A stretch of DNA of 64,000 nt from Octopus sinensis (Eukaryota), in the NCBI RefSeq assembly GCF_006345805.1, contig NC_043002.1:67828001-67892000 (forward strand), in the 5' to 3' direction. The position numbers and the translations under genes are program-made. Positions 1 through 12,358 of this stretch are shown here, in pieces (position 1 is the first letter of the stretch; every line of letters begins with the position of its first letter). The notes beneath the pieces were generated by a model, which worked only from the letters and a program-made list of their open reading frames with translations, ran no database searches and was not told the DNA's origin.

Positions 1-349
1 GCAATGAAAATAGAATAAAAATAAGACTACTGAATGATAAGAGTAATGATGAACTTACAGTTTTCTGTGTTCAGATACATTACAACACATTGGAAAAGAA
101 TAAAAGAGGGGACAGAAAACGGCAATAAAGTCAAGTAAAGAAAGACAGCAATGAAAGCGAAAAGTACCGGCACAGTACACAGGCTAAAACATCAAAAGAC
201 AGAAAAGTGAACAATAAGGGAGTCATGATGAAGAAAGGGTGCATAGGTATATCAAGAATTGTGTTGGCAAATTTTGGAAAGCATGGAATTTTTGAAGGAT
301 GCTGCATCCTGACAGCTAATGACTGACAACAGTAGTTTGGTAGTTTATT

Positions 350-700
350 CTATAATATAATATAATGAAATTATTGTATACAGTTCTCAGGTGCACCACA
401 ACTTGTCAAAATTACATATAAAGCATATGCAGTAATGTACAAATGTCTGGGAAGTGAACAGTGTATGAGTCAGATACATGCTCGCGTGTGTATGGAGGGG
501 AGAAAATCAGGTGTAGTGTTGGTGAATCTCAGGAAGCATGGAAGTTTTGAAGGATGCAGTATTCCGACAACTAACAACTGATGCCAGAAGTTTGTTCCAT
601 ACTTCAGCAACTCTTAGTGTGAAAAAATGTTTCCAAAAGCCATGGGAGCTGTGCTATGGATGTAAGACAGGTGGAGTTTGAAAAGGTACTCAGAGTTATT
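350..700 (-). mobile_element. CR1/L2-group LINE 3' end
   Basis: The minus strand encodes KHFFTLRVAEVWNKLLASVV (CR1-group RT C-terminus) and ends in an ATT-rich tail. Near-identical copies at 21950-22235 and 23065-23440. Confidence 0.75.
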
Positions 701-852
701 GTTAGTAAGTGCTCAGAGTTATTGTTAGTAATAATTTAAACACTGAGTTTTTATTTTGAGTAAAGTTAAAATCTCTCATCAAATTAGTTGCTAGTTGTTT
801 ATTTTTAATTTTGGAATTAATTATAAGTTGTGTAACTTGCCTATCTTTTCAG

Positions 853-984
853 ATGTTTGTGTCATCATTTAATGACATTTTGGAACAACTCTCTGTAAAA
901 GAAGACATCTATTCCATTGGACATACCAGTCGATGTATTGCTATGGAATTAGAAAACTATGGACCTGCAAAATCTCGACGAAAA
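853..984 (+). CDS. SCFD2: SCFD2 exon 1 of 11 in window (MFVSSFNDILEQLSVKEDIYSIGH...AKSRRK)
   Basis: Acceptor ttttcag|, donor |gtaaga, phase 0; lies within track ORF 811..1146. Confidence 0.88.
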
Positions 985-3900
985 GTAAGAAATATATGTT
1001 TGTATGTGGGTGTGTGTGTGCATTTATTTATTCATTTATTAGTTAGTCAGGGGAGATGCTGGCTTTCTTCAACTGGTGTTATCGATGTGGCTAATTTCCA
1101 GTCTAAACAGCTGCAGGTCAATGACTACAGGGAAAACATAGTGTGACATGTGACCAAATCAATAGGATGACATCTTACTGACTGAAGGAGCATCAGTTCA
1201 TAAATATACCCTGATGGTGTACCATATCTATGACAAAGGCAATTGGCTCTCAAATACAGGACTATGATTCACCTAATCATAATTCATTACTCATAAAGCT
1301 GGATACAATGTTCATTGCTATAGGTTATATATATGTATACAATATTAATAATAAAGAGTATGGTGACTTGTTCATCCACAGAATTTATTTTATAATTTTA
1401 TACAGCATATTATAATGACCTATATGTGTTTCCACTGCACTGACTACTCGTGGTTGTAAATGCAACCTTGAATTATTATTGGTGTAGCTTCATCAGGGTC
1501 CGTTCATTTGTTGTCCTCAAAGTGAACTGAGTGAAGTAAATTTTTGTTAGTTAATGTAGTGTGTGTGTGTATATTTACATGGGTGTGTATGATTGTGTAT
1601 AGAAGAATATATTAATCAAAGGAATTCCAACTTTGTCTAATTTTCAAGTTTTATTTACAATCTTATGATAATATAAGATAATATATTATATTATATTATC
1701 ATAAGATAGTAAATAAAACACGAAAATCAGACAAAGAATTCCTTTGATGCACACATATACTTGAGCTTTATTAGTTTCTCTTTGCTAACTTCACTTGTAT
1801 TGGTTTGCCCATGATGTCATGCAGTGGGACTGAATCTGTGTGTGTGTGTGTAAATGTTGTATGTTATGAGTCAATCACACAAATTTCTTTTATCCATCCC
1901 TCTCCACACCAAGAGAGCCTATATTTTTGTTAGAATTTTATTTTGTCCATATTATCATCAATCAAGCCCAGTTCCTGAGATCAGGTGTGCCCTGTAGCAT
2001 CTCTTCCCTTGTCTCTGTTTTACATTGTCTCTCATCAGAACTGAATGATTTAAACATCTACTACATCTATCCTGTCTCATTCTTCCTTCATCCATCTATG
2101 AATCTAGTTTCCCTCAATTGTTAACACAACATTTTTTTTAACTCTATCACATCTTGGTAAAATATTTAGCTTAATACTAAAACACTAATTAATGATATTT
2201 GTGAAAAGCATTGACAAAAAAACCATAGCCCTATCTTATTTTAACTATTATGTTTTTATATTTTCACCTGAAATAGAATTGTGCCAGTAAAGCATCAGTT
2301 ATTTTTGTGGATCGTTCTTTGGACATTGTTGGTGCTGTCGGTCATCAGACAGAAACTCTCTTTGACAAAATATTGTCAATTTTACCTTCATTACCTGGAC
2401 ACATCATTGACCGTAATATAAACATGGAATCCATGAGGCCAGATTCAAAGTAAGTTCAGAAATCATTGTATTCAACACGAGCTTGTTTGACATAGTTTGC
2501 AATGCTGACACACCATGCCAACTGTTGGAAGATGAATTTGCTTTTGTTTGTATGTTTGTAGTTCTATTTCAGTTCTTATTCAAATAAACTCTTTTTTTCC
2601 TACTGTCTTAAACTTTGAAAAACATGTTGGATAATGAAATCCATGATAAACTATGTCTAGAAAAAAAGTTGATAGTTTGATCATGTTTGGATTGTTTTTG
2701 TTCATGGGCTGGTTGAGTGAGGCCTGCCTTGGGGCAGAATAACAACTTTAACTATTTCCAGATCACAATCATTCATGTTGATGGTGTTTAACCCTTTCGT
2801 TACCAACCTGGCTGAAACCACTTCTGACTCTCTAGTACAAATGTCTTGTTTTCATAAGTTTTGAATGAAAATCTTCCACCAAACCTTAGTCACAATTTAT
2901 GTTCCTAAAACTAGCTTAATGATAACTAAGTTATTTTACTAAATTTTTTGTTATATTTAAAGTAATTGAAAGAAACACAGAGCATCTCAATAGAAATATG
3001 GTAATAAAAGGGTTAACAGCAGTTACTGAATTGCTAAGCAATGAGATAGATTTTTGATGGAGAGAATGTTGTTATAAAAAGTATTTAAAAGACAAATAAA
3101 TCTACTGTTACCAAGTTTCTTGCCTTTACCTTGTAATATGCAAATACAGGACTAAAATCAAATGTAGAGTCCCAAACAAGTATGAAGCAATTACTGCAAA
3201 GTACAATCAATTGAAGCGTGCCACTTATTTAAAGTCAACCAAACCTTCTAAAACATATTGATAAATTTATAAAAGCTCAACAAGATCTTGTCTACAGTTA
3301 TGAAATTAACTACAGTTATGAAATTAAAGAATGGAAATATATTGAAAGCAAAATAGATTTGATTGTTTATACAGTAGTAAACAAACAATCCTCCCTAGCA
3401 TATCCACCATTTGTCTCTGGAATTACAAATATATATATTTATAGTCAAATCAAATCCCCAGTATCTTTAAAATCTTTAAGAAGATTTTAAAAGACTTTCT
3501 CAACATTTTGTTTATTTGAATAGTGTTTCAGAAAAACCAGTATCTTCTGATGAACCTGCCATTGCTCCAGGATGTTTGGTTTCTGCTTATGATGAGCATG
3601 AAAGGGATCTCATTAATATTCTTATCAAAAATAATCAAAAGGTATTTGAACAGCTTTGGCTGTTTTATTTCTATTTTCTGTTGTTCAATTAGTGTTATAA
3701 TCTAGTGTCCATGTCTTAATTTATGTCTTGTAAATTAGAAAATTACCAATATCTGCTAATATTAATTTGCAGATATTATTTTTGTTTCTTTTTACTGGAT
3801 TCATTCAAGGGAATGTGGCCATGCTGCAGCAACACATTAACAGATTTAGTTGATCACATTGACTCCAGCAGTTGTTTTGAGATTGCTGCTTCATTCTGTT

Positions 3901-6900
3901 GGTCTCATTTTTGCTGAACCCTTAGAATATGGGAATGTTAACAAACCAACACCAGTTGACAAACACAAAGATGTGCAAACAAGCATGTGCAAATGGACAC
4001 ACACGTACAAAGTTATGAATTTGGTGAGCTTCTGCACAGTTTCCATCTACCAGATTTACTCACAAGGTATTTGTTGGTCAATTTAAGGCTATAGCAGAAG
4101 ATAGTAGCCCAAAGTACTGCACAGTAGGACTGAACCTGAAACAGTATGGGTGCAAAGCAATTTTTTAACAACACAACCATAGCTGTGCCTAAATGCTGGT
4201 TATAGATTTAAAATTATTTTATTACAAATAGTTGACAAGTGACCTAGTATTTTAAAGAAGAAATACATAAAAAGATGAAATTATATATATATATTTATAT
4301 ATATATATATTGAAGTGTACAGTATTATTTATCCATTATGGCTGATCTTACTAATCGGTTTCACACTAGGGGTTCAATGGAATGTTAGATAACAGTCTGA
4401 TTATGTAACCCTGCACTCTTCAGAGGTAGCCATTATGGAATGAAATATGGCATTAAATATTAAAGCAATATATTAAGAGGATTAAGTAAGGTTTTTTTTT
4501 TTAAAGAAATGCAAAGAAAGATATTTAGAAATATATGTTTGTGCATTTGTAATATATATATTTTGACTAAATTTCTCTACAGGAAGCAATGTCAGAGATT
4601 AACACCAGTATTCTTCAAGCTGCAGTGGAAGAAAAGCTCCCTGTTAAAGTCGCTGTGAATCGAAACATTGTTGACAGTATAAAATCAATACTTAATTTGT
4701 TCAAGTATGTTTTAAGCTTTTCTTTGCAAATAAATTAGCTCCTCACCTATCCTTTAGATCTACTGAAGAGTCAGGGAAGGTAATCATCGTTAAACCATTA
4801 AAAGAAAAATTGTTAGTTGTGCATCTGAACAATATGTACAATAAACTCATTATTATTAGAATCAGACAAAGAAAATTCACTTCATTTGGAGTTTACATAA
4901 AGTTAACTTTGAAAAATTAACAAAAAGTTTTCATAAATGCAATATATAGTTTAATAAATATTTATTTATTCATTTCAAAGGACAGAATTAGAAATATGGT
5001 TGCATAACTTGATCTGAACATAATTTTTGTGTATTTCATTCCACATAAATTTAACCATGCAACATGGTGAAATGGTTGTTTGCATGTCACACATTCTTTC
5101 CAGTACCAGGAGCCTCTATGTATGCTGTGGTTTGCAGTCAATAAATAAATACAGTAGAGTCCAGGTCATTCTTTTACTGTAAAATGGCCCTGGTTGTTTC
5201 TTAGCTAGCAATTATCTTTAAACTCAATTGATTACCTCTCTTCAATTCTTCAAAGGATTTAAACACTAGATGAATGTCGTGATTTAAAATGAAAAAAAAA
5301 AAAATAACAATGTAATATTTACACAGAGACTTTTAGCATTAAAAATTGTTTCTTTCTTTATTAAAGAAATAGTAGTTAAAAACTATTCCATTATTTTTTT
5401 TGTAACTCATAGCTAGAGAAAATGAGTTTAAATCTAATTTATTAATTACATTAGAGATTTCTTTATCTTTTATTTATTTATTCGGGTCATCATTGAAAGT
5501 AAGCAAAAGATTACATATTTATGGAGGAGGTTATAATTGATTAGATTGATTTAATTACTTAAACAGTTCTTATTTTACCAACCTCCACTGGAAATTGGTA
5601 AAAATTTATTTATTCAGGTCATCATTGAAAGTAAGCAAAAGATCACATATTTATGGAGGAGGTTATAATTGATTAGATTGATTTAATTACTTAAACAGTT
5701 CTTATTTTACCAACCTCCACTGGAAATTGGTAAAAATTGTGTCATGACCAATTACTAGCCTCTACTTTTTCTTCTTTTTCCTCAAGCTGTAGGACTCAAT
5801 GCTGGCTTCTTTGGTGTATAAGTGACTAAGATCACAGCACTCACTTTGAATAGGACACTGGTCTGTTGCAGAGTTCAAGGCCAACAGTTTTGAGGGGAAG
5901 GGGCAAGCCATGTATATTGACCCTAGAATTTGACTGGTACTTTATTTTATTGACCCTGTTGGGATGGAAGGCAAAATTGACCTTGGCATGATTTGAAATT
6001 GGAACATAAAGAGCCAGAAGAAATGTCATTATGAGTTTTGTACAAAATGCTAATAATTGTGCCAGCTCACTGGTTCCTACATATTTTGTCATAATCCTTT
6101 GTACTCAAAGCACAAGGCCTCAAATTTTGGGGGAAGGGATTAAGTCAATTACATCGACCCGAGTGTGTAACTGGTACTAATTTTATCGACCCCAGAAGGT
6201 TGAAAGGCAAAGTCAACCTTGGCGGAATTTGAACTCAGAATGTAGCGATGGGTGAAATACTGCTAAGCATCTAATCCAGCGTGCTAACGATTCTGCCAGC
6301 TCGCCGCCTTACATATTTTGTCATAATGAACCATTTTGAAAAACCACTGCTGCTGGTAACATCTTAAATTCAGCCTCACATTCCTCTTGAAAAGTTGCAA
6401 ATTAATGACTGCAGAAAAACCTACACTGCAAAAGAATTATAGGAGGTCAATATTCTGAGAAAGAAGCCTAAGACATAGTGTTCAGTGCAAGGACTGGTTG
6501 GTGGATACAGTATACCATGTTTTACCTTTGTGCATTCAGTTTTCGACAATAACATGGATACTGTTATGAATTAGAATATTTGCATATTCTTGGAGTCATT
6601 GTCTTTTGAAGCTCAGTGCTTAATTTCTCATTTAGGAATGAAACTGGTCTGTCACTAATGGAAACTGAGGCTAAGAAAAATGGGAGAATTTAATAGAAAA
6701 ACTCTTTGTTCTAAATGCCAGAATGGCTAACTGGCTTCCATGCCGGTGACACATAAAAGGCACCATTTGAGTGTGATCATTACCAGCGTTGCCTTACTGG
6801 CACTTGTGCCAGTGGCATGTGAAAAAACATTCAAGTGAGGTCGTTGGACTGACTCCTGTGCTGGTGGCACATAAAAAACACCACTTGAGCGTGGCCGTTG

Positions 6901-9900
6901 CCAGTACCGCCTGACTGGCCCTCATGCTGGTGGCACGTAAAAGCACTCACTACACTCTCGGAGTGGTTGGCGTTAGGAAGGGCATCCAGCTGTAGAAACT
7001 CTGCCAAAACAAGATTGGAGACTGGTGCAACCATCTGGTTCACCAGTCCTCAGTCAAATCGTCCAACCCATGCTAGCATGGAAAGCAGACGTTAAACAAC
7101 AACAAACAACAATGTTTTATGTACTTTCTTGCAACTTCATTTTAATTCAATAAGTTTTCACTAGAATTTACATTGAGCACAATGTTACATGTGGCAGTCA
7201 TTGTGAATGCTATGTAATACCATAAACTTTGTCCTAATTAACTGATGACAACTTCTGTAAAATGTATGATTTTAATTCAAAAAATTACATGTAATATTCT
7301 GTTCTTTTTCTAAACAAATAATATTGTAAAATGTGGGATTATGTTGTAAAGCTGTAAAATTCTTGAAGTTTTATTGCAAAAAGAGAGAAAAAGAATATTT
7401 TTTTTTCATTTCCAGGGGAAGATATGATGTGATTCAAAAACATTTGGCAGCTATACAAGTTGCTTTGGCTGCTATACAAACGTCAAACCATCCATCTAAT
7501 AGTCATTTTAAACATCTTCAAGGAATGGAAAAAGTTATTTTACAAACTACAGCTGAAAAGAATGTTTCTCCTTTGAGTGAAATCTCTGAAATATTACGGA
7601 TGTGTCAAAGTGAACGACATAAACCTCATGAAGGAAGGTAATTTGTGATAGAATTTATATTACCATATGACAAGTTTACTTTGTTTTCATTTCATTCCAT
7701 ATGTTTTTGTATGTCTCACCATAACCATTCTGAACTAAGAGACAAAAAACCGGAATTTTCTGAGGCTCAAATGAAACACATTGTTTTTGTTCAACAGTTG
7801 AATCTTAATCCAGCAGATCTATTATTGATAGTTTTTCAGCCTTGAATATCTATCTTTTTAGAGGTATCCAGGCCTACATTATTTAATGCTACATTATTTA
7901 ATAAGCCTCTTTTAAGACTTTAAGGCAGTCATTCTCAAGTAGTACATTATAAGAAATATCTTATGAGTGAATTTGATTGGGGGAAACTGTACAAACCCTG
8001 TCACGTGTGTGTGTGCATTCATCTATGCCAATGTTTACTTCCTGCATGCTTTGCATGAGAAAACACTGCACTGCAAGTGGCAACACTTTTATTTCCCTGT
8101 CAGCAAATCATCTGCTGGTTGTGCACCTTTTAAGATGTCTGGAATTGGAGCTTGATTACTTGAAAAACAGCTACGGGTAAGTGATAGGGAGGGCATCCAG
8201 CTGTAATATAATGCTTTAATATTATATATTTATCCAATCCATATTAGCATAGAAAACAGATGCAAAAATGGATGAGCAAGCAAATTTAAGGCTTTAGAAA
8301 ATCTTTACACTGCTTGAACTTTAAAAAAAATTCCCACCTATTATTTTGTTATACATGTGTACAATCAAAAATACAAAGACATAGTTTTCTTTGTTATCAA
8401 ATTTTAAATCTTAAAACAGTCCTTTTTCTAATTTTCCAAGCAACATGTGCCATAATAATTTTTTTGTTTGATCTTAAGTGTACCACAGAATTAAAAAGAC
8501 TAATAACTATAACCACCCCTCTAGAGTATAATTTGAGGAGATTTGGTTGCTATTTCTAGTAGATTAAATTACTACATATCAGTTAGCTTAAGCGGAATAT
8601 TATGTTTTAATAACCAGTGGTACATAAAAAGCACCATTTGAGCATGGTTGATGCTAGTACCACCTGACTGGCCCTCATGCCAGTGGCATGTAAAAAGCAC
8701 CCACTATACTCTCATAGTGGTTGGCATTAGGAAGGGCATCCAGTTGTAGAAACCTTGCCAAATCAGATTGGAGCCTGGTGCAGCCTCCTGGTTTGCCAGT
8801 CCTCAGCCAAATTGTCCAACCCATGCCAGCATGGAAAGTGGATGTTAAACGATGATGATGATGAGGATGATGATCACTAACTTAATGATTCAAAAATTCC
8901 AAGTTCAAGTTTTATTTATGTCTTATTTTTCAGATTATACAGTCTAGATGACATATGGTGTCTCCTTCTTTATTGTTATTCATTGGCTGGGAAAGATCGT
9001 TATTTATGGACAAAAGAAGAACAAGGCTTGCAGGTAATTTTCCATAATTATTTATATTTCTGCATCAGTTGTTGACTGCCATGACACTGCATCCTTTAAG
9101 GCCCTCATGCTTCCCGAAATCCGTCGAAACTACACCTGATTATATATACACTTTAGATGAGTTGTAGTGCACCTGAGCACTGTACACAATTATTATTATT
9201 ATTATTATATTATTATTATTATTAAAAATATCCTAAGCCAAATACTATATTTACTCATGTATAAGTCACACCCCTAATTTAGTGTTAAATTTGGGTACAA
9301 ATTTTTTTCCATTCATAGTTTAGCTTTGCTGTGTGTATAGGTTGCACCCAGTTATTTTCAGTTCAAATCAAGTATAAAATAATGTGGCTTATACTCAAGT
9401 AAATACAATAATTTAAAGCTCATCGATGCCAACAAATTTTATATAAACACTATTTTTCTATAAATTTCTGTTTGAGTCAGTGTGTATAAACAAAGTGATG
9501 GGGAAATAGGTAATTTTTTTGGTGTCATCATCATCATCAACATCATCATTATTTAATGTCCACCTTCCATGCTGGCATGGGTAGGATAGTTTAACAGGAG
9601 CTGAACAGGCAGAAGCCTGCACCAGACTTCTGTGACTGTTTTGGCAGGAGTTTTACAGCTGGATGCCCTTCCTAACACCATCCATCCAGCAGAATGGACT
9701 TAGTGTTTTTTATGTATCACAAACACAGAGGTCAGTTTTTTATGTATCACAAATACAGAGGTCAGTTTTGGCAAGGTTTTTACTGCTGGATGCCCTTCCA
9801 AATGCCAACCACTTTACACTGTGGATTGGATGCTTTTTAAGTGGCACCTGCACTGATAGGGTCACCGAGTAATCTGCAAGACAAAAATCTTTTGAGAGGA

Positions 9901-12306
9901 GAGGGGGCATTAGAGGAAATGATCTTGTGTCAGATGATGAAAGGTTATAGTGAGACAGGGAGACAGAAACGGATGTCTTGCTGTAGAGGAGGTACAAGGT
10001 TACCCGGTTGGAGAGAGAAAGAGATCAGGAAAGAGGACAGAAACACGTGTGCTGCTGCAAAGGAGGTACATGGTTACCTGGATTAATAAACTACTTTGTC
10101 ATTGATTGAGATAAGAAAAGATCCTCTGATGTGTTTATTACTACTCTAACCAGGCTCTGACTCCTCTGAACACACTGAACACTTGCTAGTGATACTTATT
10201 TTAGAGAATATTTTAAATTTAAAAATAATAATTTTTTTAATAAAATTGAATAGGGAGTGGGATTAAACAATGGTGTTGGCTGATTATTTGACACCCCTGA
10301 ACTACGCCATTGTCTTAGGTAAAATGTAGTTTTCTAAAAGGAAGCAATTACATGGTTACCTGACTGGTTAGAAATTGCAACCAAATCTCACTCAACTAAT
10401 ACTCTATTAGTTTTTAAAGGAAAGGACATATTGAATAATGTAGTTCTAGTCACAAAGTGACTGAAACAGAAAATATGTAATGGTCATGGCTGGAATGCCT
10501 TTGATCATACAACTACTCAGTGAGAGTTGACCCGAGTTTAACCCTTTCATTACCAGCCTGGCTGAAACCAGCTCTGGCTCTGAGTACAAATGTCTTGTTT
10601 TCATAAGTTTTGAATTAAAATCTTCCACCAAACCTTAGACACAATTTATGTTCCTAACACTGGCTTAATGATAACTAAGTTATTTTACTTTGTTACAGAG
10701 CATCTCAAAAATAAATACAGTAACGAAAGGGTTAAATGTAGCATCAAATGTTTAGCATTGATAAGAATTACATTTCATATTCTAATAAAGATTTATTGAA
10801 GCTGACAATCTCTATATGAAATAAAATCATTCATTCCTCTTTCCTTTTACATAGAAAAATAAAATGTGAAACCAATTGAACCATTTAATTCAAAAATACT
10901 TTTTCTTCTATTTATTTCAGGCAGGCATAGTGAAAGAAATCCTTATAGAGTTGAAGAATTTACCTCCGATAACAAAAGCACTTGGTAAGATATATTCCTT
11001 CTTCAACCTTGGGTATATCAAGCAAATTGAGACTGGATAAGCCTTGAAAGCTACTTTGTGTATGGCTCATGAGAAAATATTTAGTTTCAGTGCTATTTTT
11101 GGTAAAACAGCTTTAATATCCTATCGACCAGGTTTTAAAGTATTAACTGCAAAAATGAAGACTCAATGAATGAACCTTCAATGAACAGTGGTAGTGGCAG
11201 CAGTGGTTCCTTCTTCTCCTTCATCATCATCATCATTATTTAACGTCTGTTGTCCATGCAGGCATGGGTTGGACAGTTTGATCAGGCTGGTGTGCTGGAA
11301 GGCTGTGCCAGGCTCCAGTCTGATTTGGCATGGTTTTCTATGGCTGGATGCCCTTACTAATGCCAACCACTCCAAGAATGTAATAGGTGCTTTTACATGC
11401 CACCAGCCTGGGTGCCATTTGCATGACACTGGTTTCTGCCATGACTGTGATTTTGTTCGGCTTGATGGGTCTTCTCAAGTACGATATAATGCCAAAGGTC
11501 ACAGTCATAGCCTCTGTGAGGCCCAACACTCAAAAGGAACTTGGCGACTTTGCCTCCATGAGGCCCAACACTCGAAAGGAACTCAGCCACCACTTCATAT
11601 CAAGCTTTTCTTACCAATCAACTTGGTCACCTTTGGCATATAATAAGGTGATCATGAGTCCTATGGTTTTAACAGTTTCAATAGTAGTATACCTGGAGTG
11701 CAAAGGCACATGGCTTAGTGGTTAGGGTGTTGCACTCACAGTCGCTAGATCATGGGTTTGATTCCCAGACCAGGCAGTGCATTGTGTTCTTGGGCAAAAC
11801 ACTTTATTTCACATTGCTCCAGTTGACTCAGCTGTAAATGGGTAACCCTGTGATGGATTAATTTTCCAGTCAGAGAGAATGTTGGCCTGTTAACCTAACC
11901 AACAAGGTGGCATCATTCAAAAGCTAAAATTATGCAAAGCGCATTATGACCAGTGATGTATAACAGCATCTGATAGTCTGGTCAATCACATGATATCTGG
12001 GAGTAAAACAGTTTGACATAGTCTATCTATGTCCAAACTATACTTACAGGAGTAAGAATATGCTTATAAAACATTTGCCAATATACTCTTACTCTTTTAC
12101 TCTTTTCAGTCATTTGACTGCAGTCATGCTGGAGCACTGCCTTTAGTCGAGCAAATCGACCCCAGGACTTATTCTTTGTAAGCCTAGTACTTATTCTATC
12201 GGTCTCTTTTGCCGAACCGCTAAGTTACGGGGACGTAAACACACCAGCATCTGTTGTCAAGCGATGTTGGGGGGACAAACACACACACACAAACATACAT
12301 ATATAT

Positions 12307-12358
<52 letters not shown>

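Noticed and set aside
811-1146. 111-aa ORF as a standalone gene
   Set aside because: Only 853-984 is exonic (SCFD2); the rest reads through intron.
3150-3260. Candidate SCFD2 exon after aatacag|
   Set aside because: All three frames hit stop codons, there is no homology, and the exon at 3524 already fits the phase.
6730-6950. Spaced direct repeats superficially like a CRISPR array
   Set aside because: This is eukaryotic DNA, the repeats are degenerate and internal to a SINE, and there are no cas genes.
11178-11725. Cluster of overlapping ORFs up to 151 aa
   Set aside because: They overlap a family D SINE and a 42-bp-period local duplication; no recognisable protein.
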